Shown: positions 26,790 to 39,035, counted from the stretch's first letter. The stretch is 64,000 bases of DNA from Mustelus asterias (GCF_964213995.1 NC_135816.1:80414001-80478000), one strand, 5' to 3'. Translations and numbers: made by a program. The notes: generated by a model not told the origin, from the letters alone.

Positions 26790-27382
26790 AAGTGTTTGAT
26801 GGGGACAATGTAGAGAAAGATTTACTCTGTTTCTAAACCATGCTCGATCTCTTTGGGAAGGTTTGAAGGGGATAATATCGAGGAATTATACTTTGTATCT
26901 AACTCCATGTTTTACCTCTTCTGGGAGTGTTTGATGGGGACGGTGTAGAGGGAGCTTTACTCTGTATCTAACCCTGTGCTGTACCTGTCCTGGGAGTGTT
27001 TGATGGGGACAGTGTCGAGGGAGCTTTACTCTGTATCTAACCCCATGCTGTACCTGTCCTGGGAGTGTTTGATGGGGACAGTGTAGAGGGAGCTTTACTC
27101 TGTATCTAACCCTGTGCTGTACCTGTCCTGGGAGTGTTTGATGGGGACAGTGTCGAGGGAGCTTTACTCTGTATCTAACCCCATGCTGTACCTGTCCTGG
27201 GAGTGTTTGATGGGGACAGTGTCGAGGGAGCTTTACTCTGTATCTAACCCCATGCTGTACCTGTCCTGGGAGTGTTTGATGGGGACAGTGTCGAGGGAGC
27301 TTTACTCTGTATCTAACCCTGTGCTGTACCTGTCCTGGGAGTGTTTGATGGGGACAGTGTAGAGGGAGCTTTACTCTGTATC
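26790..27382. repeat. 69-bp minisatellite
   Basis: Same unit as 5281-5858; 23-aa periodic ORFs. Confidence 0.97.
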
Positions 27383-27516
27383 TCATACTGTACTTTTCGT
27401 ATCCCTGCAATGTTTGATTGGACAAAGTAGAATGATATCATTAAAATAACTGAGATCCTGTTCTTGTACAAGTTGTTGCATGAGGGTTCTTGAGTGACAC
27501 TATAAGTGAGGTGCCT

Positions 27517-27835
27517 TAACATCAGCAGTGATACAGTCAGTATCACAGGGTGCTGGGGGAGAGGGGTTACTGAGTGACAATGTGAGGGATCTGGATTAAC
27601 ATCAGTAGAGATACAGTCAGTAACACAGGGCACTGGGGGAAAGGGGTTATTGAGTGACAGTCTGAGGGAGCTGGATTAACATCAGTAAAGATAGCCAGTA
27701 ACACAGGGCACTGGGGGAGAGGGGTTACTGAGTGAATGTGAGGGATCTGGATTCACATCAGTAAAGATACAGTCAGTAACACTGAAAGCAGAGGTCGAGG
27801 GGTTACCGAGAGAGACATTTTGAGGGAGCTGAATT
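27517..27835. repeat. 80-bp minisatellite (degenerate units)
   Basis: AGTAACACAGGGTGCTGGGGGAGAGGGGTTACTGAGTGACAGTGTGAGGGAGCTGGATTAACATCAGTAGAGATACAGTC. Confidence 0.92.
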
Positions 27836-27837
27836 AA

Positions 27838-28455
27838 TACCCACCATGGTTGACAAGCTTCTCAACTGTGCCTGAACCATCCCCTGGGCCACTGCTGTCA
27901 CTCCCTCCCCTCCCTCCCAGAACCAGGATAGGGTCCCCCTTGTCCTCAGTTTGCACCCCACCAGCCTCCACATTCAAAGGATCATCCTCCGCCATTTCCA
28001 CCAACTCCAGCATGATGTCACCACTCAATACATTTTCCCCTCACTCCCCCTGTCAGCTTTCCACAGGGATCCATTCTCTCCGGGACACATCGATCCACTC
28101 GTTCATCATGTCCAACACCTCACCCCCTGCCCAAGGCATCTTCTTATGCAATCGCCTTTACCTTCCCGTTACCTTCCCCCTGCTCACCACCCAGGACCTA
28201 AATGCTCCTTTCAGATAAAGCAGCACTTCACATGCATCTTCTTCAGTCTGGTCTATTGCATTCGCTGCTCCCAATGTGGTCTACTCTACAGCAGAAAGAC
28301 CAAACATAGACTGGGTGACCACTTTGCTGAACACATTCGGTCTGTCCTATAGCTTGTCACTTCAACACACCACCCTGCTCTCCTGTCCACATGTCCGTCC
28401 TTGGCCTTTTGCAATGTTCTAGTGAACTCAGCGCAGACTGGAGGAACAATACCTC
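27838..28455 (+). mobile_element. Fragment of a second, older Penelope-like family (linker plus GIY-YIG)
   Basis: FTC...LVYCIRCSQCGLLY...TKHRLGDHFAEHIRSV. Confidence 0.85.
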
Positions 28456-28564
28456 AATCGCACCCTCTCGATCTGCTGGGGAATTGGTTAAAGAAGATCA
28501 GTCTGGGTTCACAAATAGAGAGACTCTAGAATGATGATAGAGTTGTCACTGTGTACCCTGTTCA

Positions 28565-28960
28565 GGGAGATAGTGGTGTTGTGATAATGTCACTGGATCA
28601 GTAATCCAGAGACCCAGACTAAAGCTCTGCTGATGTCGGTTCAAATCCAACCATGGCAGCTGATAGAAATTAAATTCAATTAATAACATCTGGAATTGAA
28701 AACTAATCTCAGCAATGGTGAACATGAAACTGCCATTGATTGTTGTAAAAACCCATCAAGTTCATAATGTCCTTTAGGGATGGAAATCTGCTGTCCTTAC
28801 CTGGTCTGGCCTACATGTGACTTCAGATCCAAAGCAATGTGGCTGACTTTTAACTGCCTTCTGAGATTGTCAAGAAAGCTGCACAGTTCAAGGGCAATTA
28901 GGGATGGGAAACAAAGTCTGGCCTTGCCAACAACGCCCACATCCCATGAAAGAATAAAAT
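28565..28960 (+). mobile_element. SINE-like repeat with tRNA-like head and LINE-derived tail
   Basis: GGTTCAAATCC B-box; tail AAGGGCAATTAGGGATGGG...GCCCACATCCCATGAAAGAATAAA shared with the LINE end at 41240-41315. Confidence 0.75.
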
Positions 28961-29388
28961 ATCCCCTGACGAAAGGAATATATTAGAGGCTGTCCTCTCT
29001 GATCTCAGTAACATCTGGACGAGGAGATGGTGGTTGAAGCAACAACTCATTTATTTACATGGGACAGGTGAAGGATTACATGAGACGGTTAAAATTGTTA
29101 GTGTGTTTGACAGATGCTTTTTCTCAGAGGGTTTAGAAGATTTGGAATTCTCTCTCCCAGAGAGTTCAGGCTTCTCACTTGATGAGGATATTTGAGACTG
29201 AAATGGACAGATGTTTGGACAGAAGTCGGATTGAGGGATTTGGGAATCGGGTGGGATGATGGAGTTGATGTAGCTGATCAGACAGGATCTTATTGAATGG
29301 TGGAACAGGCTCAAGGAGCTGAATGACCTCTTATTCCTATCTTTCAGTGAGCAGTGAAGCTCAGTCCATCCAATAGAATCTCACTTAC

Positions 29389-29697
29389 CGTACACATCCA
29401 GTTTAACTGTTTCTGTATTTTCCTCTCCTGAATCATTTGTTACAATAACCTCATAAACCCCAGCACCTTTCTCGAAGTCACTGATATGCAGACTGAAGTG
29501 CCCAGGATGAGGTTTTAACCGTTTCTTGTCCACATCAGTACCAAAATATTTAATTATTCTATTTGCATATGGTGCATCAGGTGAAGATTGTATCGAGAGA
29601 AGCTCAATATCTATCACTCCATGTGGGATCTTCACAGACAGGGAGACTGACTGATCCAGGGATCGATTCACAGGGAGACAGGCAGCCTGACTCTTTA
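29389..29697 (-). pseudogene. Inverted paralogous SLAM-family IgV exon (open frame, intact splice sites, lost Trp)
   Basis: TTCAG| ... |GTAAGT, 309 nt; SLDQSVSLS...HPGHFSLHISD...YEVIVT...VKLDVY; no C2 exon downstream on the minus strand. Confidence 0.9.
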
Positions 29698-30939
29698 CTG
29701 AAGTTTAACAAGAGGAGACAGTCAGTGAGTGCAGAACAAGGCCAGCCCAGTGACTGGAGGATATTTCAATTCAGAGCACAACACAGTACAGGAAGAGGAC
29801 ATTCAACCCATCATGCCTATGCTAGCGCTTTAACGGTACAATCAAATTTATCCCATTCCCTGGTCTGTCCCCTATCTCCCTGTACATTTTCCCCCTTCAA
29901 AGTATTTCTCCAATTCCCCCATTTGCAAGTTGCTATTGAATCTGCTTCCACTGCCTTCCAGGCAGCACCTTCCAGATCACAACAACTTGCTGTGTAAAAA
30001 CATTCCTCCTCATCCTCCTCTCTGGTTCTTTACTGATTCTCTTCAATCTCTGTCCATCTTGTTACTGACTCTCCTGTCACGGGAAAATCCTTCTCCTCAT
30101 TCACTCCATCCGGACACTTCCTGATTTTGAATACCTCAATTCAATCCCTCTCTTTAACCTTCTCTGTGCTGAGGAGAACAATCCCAGCTCCTCCCAGAAT
30201 CTCCCATCGACTGAAGTCCCCCATTCCCCAGGACTACTAACACTGAGGTATATAGTTGGAGTGGGATTGGGTTGGATGGTGGGCTCGGGGAGGCTTCACT
30301 CAGCTCTAACAGGGTCTCACTATCCAATCAGTGTCAGGTCATAGACGGTTGTGCAGCAGAAAACAGACACTGGGTGAAAACAGGAAACCAAGAAGTAATT
30401 TTAAAATTAGATAGAGCCAAGCGCTGATGTCAAGGCCACAGTTATTGAGTAAGAGAGTGAGTGGAGCTGAACACACCATTCTCCTGCTTTCCTGGGAGAG
30501 GGCAGAGAGGAAATGGGGGACGGGGAATTGAAGTTCCGTCTGCAAACTGCAGACTTCTCTCAATCTTCCCACCACCTGAGACTTCAGCTCATAATCTCGG
30601 CCGCCCCTCAAACTGCCATGTGTTGGGGAGTCTGTGAGGTGAGTCTGTGTGCCAGTGTTCAGAAGAAAGTGCAGAGGGGGCAGCACGAGTTGTGCAGTGG
30701 GTTTTTCGGAGCAGGATTTAAATGTTGTGTATTGGGGGGGCAGGGTAAGAGGGCTGTCACCTTGGTTTGTGCCTGCCTAAGGATGAGGGTTATAGGGTCA
30801 AAGTTTGGGACTCAGATTCAGGGTTTTTAAGTGAGGGGTTTTGGGGTCAGAGCCACAGTCAGGAGCATGGTGTGACATCAGTCTGGGGTCACGGAGTGTG
30901 CACAGTGGTCAGAGTGTGACCTGGGGCCAGTGTGGATGG

Positions 30940-31200
30940 TTGTGATGTGCAGTCTGGGGTCAGAGTTCGCTGACACTGAGCGCAGCCAGGGACCAGGGTT
31001 CACTGACCGTGTGAGCAGTCAGGGGTCAGAGTTCACTGACTGTGCGCACAATCAGGGGTCAGAGTTCGCTGACTGTGTGTGCAGTCAGAGGTCAGAGTTC
31101 ACTGCCAGCATGTGGAGTCAGGGTTCACTGCAAGGCTCTGTAGTCAGGGGTCAGAAGTCACTGCCTATGTTCGTAGTCAGGCATCAGTTTTGGGGTCAGA
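30940..31200. repeat. Degenerate ~33-bp tandem repeat (GGGGTCAGAGTTCACTGAC...CAGTCA)
   Basis: About 7 imperfect units. Confidence 0.7.
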
Positions 31201-31799
31201 GTTCAAACCATACCCTTCAGTCTTGGGTGGTGGCCTCTGGTGATGTTTTGGATCAAGTAATGATTGAACAACCCATGTGAGATAAGAGATTATACGTCAC
31301 ATGTGCTGAGACAGAGTTCACTGATTGGAGGGTGGGTGATGAAGTGGATCATGGGGCCTAGCCAGAGATGATTAGATGAGCCTGAGGAAGATGGGTGGGG
31401 CCTGAGTGATAAGGAGTGAGGCCAGAGGGAATGGGGCTTGTGGATGAGGAGGCCGGATAGGAGGAAGAGATGAAGGGGTCTGTGGGACAGCAAGGGGCTT
31501 GAAGATCGGTGAGGCAAAACTGTTTGAGGAGTAGCTGGTGATGAGGGAGGTGAGAAATAATCAACTATAACCGTCCCCATGGTAGTTTTCCCCCTATAAT
31601 GGGCGATCCTTCAGGGAGCATGTGATCTGGTCAAACCAATAGAGTGTGAGTGCAGGAACCTGGGCCAATTGAGAGTGAGGGCACGCACTCCCAGGGCATT
31701 GGCGGGACTGGACCTGTACCGTTGTGCTGTTTAAATCTACATAGTTCTCAGTCAAAAAACCTTTTAGTTTGTTACTTGCCACATCAATTCACCTCGAGC

Positions 31800-32620
31800 T
31801 GCTGTAACCTCCTTTAACTCCTACACACCTCCCTGTCTCTGTAATCTCCTCCAGCCCCTAAAACCCTCCCTATCTATGTAGCCTCCTCGAGCTCCTACAC
31901 TCCTCCCTGTCTCTGAAACTTCCTCTAGCTCCTACAACCCTCCCTATCTCTGTACCTCCTCCAGCCCCTACACCCCTCCCTATCTCTGTAACCTCCTCCA
32001 GCCCCTACAACCCTCCCTGTCTCTGTACCTCCTCCAGCCCCTACACCCCTCCCTATCTCTGTAACCTCCTCCAGCTCCTACAACCCTCCCTATCTCTGTA
32101 CCTCCTCCAGCCCCTACACCCCTCCCTATCTCTGTAACCTCCTCCAGCCCCTACAACCCTCCCTGTCTCTGTACCTCCTCCAGCCCCTACACCCCTCCCT
32201 ATCTCTGTAATCTGCTCCAGCCCCTACAACCCTCCCTATCTCTGTAACCTCCTCCAGCCCCTACAACCCTCCCTAACTCTGTAACCTCCTCCAGCCCCTA
32301 CAACCCTCCCTAACTCTGTAACCTCCTCCAGCCCCTACACCCCTCCTTATCTCTGTAACCTCCTCCAGCCCCTACAACCCTCCCTGTCTCTGTAATCTCC
32401 TCCAGCTCCCAACTCTTCCGCATCTCTGTAACCCCCTCCAGCCCCTACAACCCTCCCTATCTCTGAAACTACTTCCGGTGCCTACAACCCTCCGAGATCT
32501 CTGCACTCCTCCAATTCCGGCCTCTTGAACATCCTACCGATTCCCATCGCTCCACCATTGGCAGCTGTGCCTTCAGCTGCTGGGGCCCTAACTCAGGAAT
32601 TGCCTCTCTAAACCTCTCCA
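31800..32620 (+). repeat. 37-bp minisatellite (CCCTACAACCCTCCCTATCTCTGTAACCTCCTCCAGC) running into an L2-like LINE 3' end
   Basis: Tandem units 31800-32490 followed by YNPPRSLHSSNSGLL...STIGSCAFSC. Confidence 0.9.
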
Positions 32621-32880
32621 GCTCTATCTTTCCTCTATCTGCCTCTATGTTTTTCTCTCTGTGTCGGCCTTTAGTTCTATCTCTCTCGCTCTCTGGCACT
32701 GCCTCCATCTCTCTCTCTTCAGTTCTGTCTTTCTCTCTCTCTGTCTGTTTCTCTCCTCACTCTGCAGCTCGCTGTCTCTGTCTCTGTATTTCTATTTCTT
32801 TCTGTCTACCTCTCGCTTCCTCTATCTCTTTCTCTTTCTGTTACTCTCTCTCTCCTTCTCTCACTTACTCCTCCTTTAAT
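32620..32880. repeat. (CT)-rich low complexity
   Basis: Direct reading. Confidence 0.85.
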
Positions 32881-33139
32881 AGTCCTGAATATCTGCTTCT
32901 CTGTCTCAGTGTTAAATATAATTTAATTACTTCCATAGAGAATCTTGCAATGATGAACTGAAGGTGCTGTGTAAATGCAGAACTATACATTACGTTCTGC
33001 ATATTGCTGGGGCTAGTTTGGGTAAAAACAGTTTAAGCTTCACTCTTGCAGCTATGAGAACTTGTTGGCTGATAAACACAGCACGGGAAGTGGTTTCGGC
33101 CCTAACTTCCTCAATGGATCTCTGTACACTGCCTGGTTT

Positions 33140-33460
33140 TTCTGTATCTAACCCCGTGCTGCTCCTGTCCCGGAAGCTTTTGATGGAGACAGTGCAGAGG
33201 GAGACTTGCTCTGTAACTAACCCTGTATTTTACCTGTTCTGGGAGTGTTTGATGGGGACAGTGCAGAGGAAGCTTTACTCTGTATTTACCCCCATGCTGT
33301 ACCTGTCCTAGAATTGTTTATTGGAGACAGTTTTAGGGAGCTTTACTCTGTATCTAACCCCGTGCTGTACCTGTCCTGGGAGTGTTTGATGGGGACAGTG
33401 TAGAGGGGGTTTACTCTGTATCTAACCCCGTGCTGTACCTGTCCTGGGAGTGTTTGATGA
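33140..33460. repeat. 69-bp minisatellite
   Basis: Same unit. Confidence 0.93.
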
Positions 33461-34260
33461 TGTTGCAAACTGAATGCTGGGTAAATGTACCCTGACTAAC
33501 TTGACCAGTTTGCAGTGACCCTTTATAACTCAGGCCTGTTACACAATGACAGAGACAAAAGGGACATGAGTCAGGTGAAGATCCAACACAACTTTATTAA
33601 ACTCTTTATCAAGGAAAAACAAAAATATTTATCAGACTCTACTATTGTACTTTAGTAAACTTTATCAACCTCTATCAATCTCTTCACAGGACTCCTCAGT
33701 AAACAGTCTTAAATCTTTAAGTAAACAGTTTCTAATCTACACTGGCAAGCAACTTCTGGCACACACTTCCAAGGATTCGCTACACCCTATCCACAGGTCC
33801 CTATCACTGAATTAGAACTCTTTGTCTGAAAAGACTGGAAATATCTGTTCAGTAACACTGGGACAGAATATTCCTCATTCTTTGAGGGTTGGCGGAGGTT
33901 TCAGGTTCTGTAGTCGTCGATTTGGCCTTCCCCTCTTGTCTAGGGCTGGTTCTGGTTGTTGGATCATCTCACAGGTGTGGTCTTCTGGGCCTGGTTAGTC
34001 AGATGATGCTCACCATGGGATACCAAGAGCTGGAGATGCTGAGCTGCTCTCAGCTGTCAGTCTGGAAACGGCACTGAAGAAGATAAAAAACGCAGAAAGC
34101 GCTTGGGCTCCAAGTTAATCCTTTTAGCCCCTCTTTTCACACCTACCTCAAACGTTCAGTGGCTTGTGTCCAATAGTAGCATCAGGTGGGGGCAGGATAA
34201 TCTAATGAGGTACTACTTTCAGAGGGAGTTCCTGAGTGAGAGTGTGAGGGAGCCGGAATG
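33461..34260 (-). mobile_element. Probable LTR remnant; paralogous to 61583-61740
   Basis: Starts TGTTG, contains TTTATT; clear similarity to 61583-61740; right boundary uncertain. Confidence 0.5.
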
Positions 34261-34265
34261 ACATC

Positions 34266-35499
34266 AAAGAAAGAACAAAGAATAAAGAAAAGTACAGCAT
34301 AAGAATAGGCCCTTCGGCCCTCCAAGCCCGTACCGTTCATGATGCCCTAACTAAACTAAAAAAAATCTTATGCCCCTACTCAGACCGGATCCCTCTATGA
34401 ACTTAACATATTTTATCCAGATGCCTCTTAAATGTTGCTAATGTGCCTACTTCCACCACCTCCTCTGGCAGCACATTCCAGGCCACACTCTGCATGAAAA
34501 ACCTCCCCCACATATCCACCCTCTGTCCTTGAACCTGTGCCCCCTTGTAATTGACATTTCCACCCTGGGAAAAAGCCTCTGACTATCCACCCTGTCTATA
34601 CCTCTCATAATTTTGTAGACCCTCTATCAGGTCCCTCCTCGGCCTCTGTCTTTCCAGTGAAAACAATCCCAGTTTATGCAACCTCTCCTCATAGTCACCA
34701 CCCTCAAGACCAGGCAACATCCTGGTGAACCTTCTTTACACTCTCTCCAAAGCTTCCACATCTTTCTGATAGTGTGTCAACCAGAACTGCACACAATGCT
34801 CAAGATGCAGTCTGATCAACATTTAAAATTGCTGCAACACGATTTCCTGGCTCTTGTACTCAGTGCCCCAGCCGATGAAGGCAAGCATGCCATATGGTTC
34901 CTTAACCCCTTGGACCCCATGTGTTGCCACTTTTAGGGAACTGTGGACCTGCACGCCCAGATCCCTCTGTATATTAATGTTCCTAAGAGTTCTGCCATTC
35001 ACAGTATAATTCACAACTAAGTTTGATCCTCCTAAACGCATCACCTCACATTTGTCCGGATTAAACTCCATCTGCCATTTCTGTGCCCATGTCTTCAATC
35101 TATCTATATCCTGTTGTATCCTCGGCACTATCAGCAACTCCACCAATCTTCGTTTCATCTGCAAAATTACTAATCAGACCCCCCACATTTTCCTCCAGAT
35201 CATTTATATGTACTACAAACAACAGAGGTCCCAGCACTGATCCCTGCAGCACACCACGAGCTACAGATCTCCATTCCGACAAAAACCCTTCCACCGCTAC
35301 TCTGTTTTCTATAACCAAACCAGTTCTGTATCCATCTAGCCAGCCCACCCCGAATCACATGTGATTTTAGTTTTTGTACCAGTCTGCCACGTGGGACCTT
35401 GGCAAACGCCTCACTAATGTCCATAAAAACTCCATCCAGAGCCCTTTCCTCATCAATTATCTTTGTCACCTTTTCAAAAACTCAATCAAGTTGGTGAGA
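34266..35499 (-). mobile_element. CR1 LINE 3' part
   Basis: [20 protein letters not shown]; WQMEFNPDKCEV; tail near 34266. Confidence 0.93.
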
Positions 35500-35640
35500 G
35501 GAGCAGATGTGACGAGAGAAAAGATAGTTGTAAGAATAATAGTGGGAGATTTTAATTTCCCCAAAGGGCCTGAACGGGGTGGAATTTGTTAAATGTGCCC
35601 AAGAAAGTTTCCTGAATCAATGTATAGAGGGGCCCTACTC

Positions 35641-35850
35641 GGTGGGGTGGGGTGGGGGTGGTGGGTGGAGGGGGGGTGGGGTGGGGGTGGTGGGTGGAGG
35701 GGGGGTGGGGTGGGGGTGGTGGGTGGAGGGGGGGTGGGGTGGGGGTGGTGGGTGGAGGGGGGGGGGTGGTGGGTGGAGGGGGGGGGGGGGTGGGGGTGGT
35801 GGTGTGGGGGGGTGGGGGGGTGGTGTGGAGGGGTGGTGGGGGGGGTGCGT
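35641..35850. repeat. 29-bp G-rich minisatellite
   Basis: A residues recur at 35669, 35698, 35727 and 35756. Confidence 0.92.
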
Positions 35851-36938
35851 GGGGACACCTCCTCTTAGAAAGCGAGGTAGGACAAGTGACTGAAGTGTCA
35901 GCTGGGGAGCACATTGGGTTCAGCGACCATAACACTATTAGTTTTTAAATAGTTATGGAAAAAGATGCGACAGGTCCACAGGTCCTATACTGGAGTAGGA
36001 CCAATTTTAGGGCCGTTAGGCAGGATCTAGCAGAGGTCGATTGGGTGAGTCTGTTTGAAGGGATAGTAATAACTGGCAAATGGGAAGCTTTTAAAAGTGT
36101 GATATCAAGAGTCCAGGTCAGTATGTTCCTGTCAGGGTGAAGGGAAAGGATGGCAAGTTTAGGGATCCCTGGCTGGTGAGGGATATTGACGCTCTGGTCA
36201 AGAAACAGAAGGAAGCTGGGTTTAGACAATCGGGGACAAGTGAATTCCTCGATGACTATAAAAAGTGTAAGAGTTCACTCAAGAGGGAAATCAGGAAGAT
36301 ATGAATGGATCTGGCAGGTAAGGTTAAAGAAAATCCCAAGAGGTTCTATAGTCTATAGTAAGACTAAAAGAGTGACCAGGGAGAGAATAGGCCCCCTTAA
36401 AGGTCAGCATGGCCATCTGTGTGTGGAGCCACAGGAGATAGGTGAGATATTTAATGAATATTTCTCCTCGATGTTTACTAAGGAGAAAATCATGGGTGCT
36501 AAAGAAATAAGGGAAGCAAATGGTGATGTCATGGACCACATGCATGTTACTAGAGAGGAGGTATTTACAGCCTTAAAGCACATTAAGGTGAATAAATGCC
36601 CTGGGCCTGATCAAGTGTATTCTCGGATCTTGTGGGAGGCTAGGGAAGAAATTGCAGAGGCCTTTGCAGAGATATTTGCTTCATCTTTTCCACTGGCGAA
36701 GTTCTGGAAGACTGGAGGGTGGCTAATGTTGTTCTTTGTTAAAGAAGGGCAGCAAAGTCAAGGAATTACAGGCCGGTGAGCTGGACATTAGTGGTGGGTA
36801 AGTTACTGGAGGGGATTCTGAGGGACAGAATCTACCAGCAGTTGGATAGTCGAGGTCTGATTACAGATGACTTTGTGTGTGGAAAGTCATATCTGACAAA
36901 TCTTTTCCAAAAACTCTAAGAGGTAATCAAGAGAATGC

Positions 36939-37242
36939 TGTTTAAAGTTGAAGTTTATTTATTAGTGTCACAGGTAGGCTTACATTAACACTGCAATGAA
37001 GTTACTGTGAAAATCCCCTAGTCGCCACACTCTGGTAACACTGAGGGAGAATTTAGCATGGTCAAAGCATATAACCAGCATGTCTTTTGGATTGTGGGAG
37101 GAAACCGGAGCACCCGGAGGAAACTCATGCAGACACGGGAGAACATGCAGACTCTGCACAGACAGTGAGCCAAGCTGGGAATCGAACATGGGTCCCTGGC
37201 GCTGTGAGGCAGCAGTACTAACCACTGTGACACCATGCCGCC
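36939..37242 (-). mobile_element. HE1-related SINE with an alternative tail
   Basis: Head and core as in HE1; 3' end differs (TGTGACACTAATAAATAAACTT). Confidence 0.85.
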
Positions 37243-38402
37243 ATTGAGGGTAGGGCAGTAGATGTTGCCTGTATGAACTTTGGCAAGGCCTTTGGCATGG
37301 CAGACTATTCTGGAAGATTAGGTTGCATGGGATCCAGGGAGAGCTAGCTAATTGGATTCAAAATTGGCTCAATGGTAGGAAGCAGAAGGTGATGGTCTTG
37401 TTTTGTTTCTCGGACTGCAGGCCTGTGACTAGTGGTGTGCCTCTCAGGGGTCGGTGTTAGGGCCCTTGTAAGTACTTACGTAAATGATTTGGATGTGACT
37501 GTACAAGGCATGGTTAGTGAATTTGCGAATGATACTAAGTTAGGAAGAATTGTTAATAGTGAAGAAGGTTATCTAAAATTACAGGGGGATATTAATCAGT
37601 TAGGTAAGTGGGCCGAGGATTGGCAAATGGACTTCAATATAGATTAGTGTGAGGTGTTGCACTTTGGAAAGTCAAACCAGGGTAGGACGTATACAGTGAA
37701 TGGTAGAACCCTGGGGAGTGTTGAGAAACAGAGGGACCTAGGAGTACAAGTACATTGTTTGTTGAAAGCGGCATCACAGGTAGACAGGATGGTGAAGAAG
37801 GCATTTAGCTCACAGGTCTTCATCAGTCAGGACATTGACTATAGGAGTTGGGACATTATGTTACAGTTGTATAAGTCGTTGGTGAGGCCGCACTTAGAGT
37901 ATTGGGTACAGTTTTGATAACCATGTTATAGGAAAGACATTGATAAACTGGAAAGAGTTTTACGAGGATGGTGCCAGGACCAGTGGGCCTGAGTTATAGG
38001 GAGAGGTTAGCCGGGACTTTATTCCTTGGAACATGGGAAAATGAGGAGTGACCTTATTGAGGTGTATAAAACCATGAGGGGCATAGATAGGATGAATGCG
38101 CAGAGGCCTTTCCCAGAGAAGGGGAATTGAAAACTAGAGGGCATAGGTTTAAGGTGAGAGGGGAAAGATTTAAAAGGGCAACTTCTTCACGCAGAGGTTG
38201 TTGTGTATATGGAATGAGCTGCCAGTGAAAGTGGTTGAGACAGATACAATAGCAACATTTTAAAAAGCATTTGGATAAGTACATGGATGGTAAAGGATTA
38301 GAGATATGGGCCAAACACGGGCAATTAGGACTGGCTAGGACGGCACCATGGTTGACATGGGCTGAATGACCTGTTTCCATGCTGTATTGCTCTCTAACTC
38401 TA

Positions 38403-38940
38403 TACAGTCAGTAATATAGAGGAGAGGGGTTACTGAGTGACAGTGTGAGGGAGCTGGATTAACATCAGTAGAGATACAGTCAGTAAGTAACACAGGGTGC
38501 TGGGAGAGAGGGGTTACTGAGTGACAGTGTGAGGGAGCTGGATTAACATCAGTAGAGATACAGTCAGTAAGTAACACAGGGTGCTGGGAGAGAGGGGTTA
38601 CTGAGTGACAGTGTGAGGGAGCTGGATTAACATCAGTAGAGATACAGACAGTAACACAGGGTGCTGGGGGGAGAGGGGTTACTGAGTGACAGTGTGAGGG
38701 AGCTGGATTAACATCAGTAGAGATACAGTCAGTAACACAGGGTGCTGGGGGAGAGGGGTTACTGAGTGACAGTGTGAGGGAGTTGGATTAACATCAGTAG
38801 AGATACAGTCAGTAACACAGGGTGCTGGGGGAGAGGGGTTACTGAGTGACAGTGTGAGGGAGCTGGATTAACACCAGTAGAGATACAGTCAGTAACACAG
38901 GGTGCTGGGGGAGAGGGGTTACTGAGTGACAGTGTGAGGC
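38403..38940. repeat. 80-bp minisatellite, about 6.5 units
   Basis: Near-perfect tandem units. Confidence 0.97.
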
Positions 38941-39035
38941 AGCTAGCTACGTGTAGTCCGTGTGCTGCTGTGTCTGTTTGTGAAATTCATATTGATGTCA
39001 TTCTAAACTCTAATCCTCCCATTCGCAACATTCAG

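Larger units (their letters stand above)
35515..38400 (+). mobile_element. Degenerate CR1 LINE ORF2 (endonuclease to 3' end) with nested G-rich repeat and SINE
   Basis: IVGDFNFP, SDHN, CPGPDQVY, RDLGVQVH, LVRPHLEY. Confidence 0.93.

Noticed and set aside
30321-30495. Possible minus-strand mini-exons or leader for the inverted V (including TTVYDLT)
   Set aside because: No convincing ATG-leader-donor in phase 1; the motif is not an ITSM and lies on the wrong side of the V exon
34266-38400. Twin-primed single CR1 inversion
   Set aside because: The two parts overlap in RT coverage and are clearly divergent, so they are separate insertions
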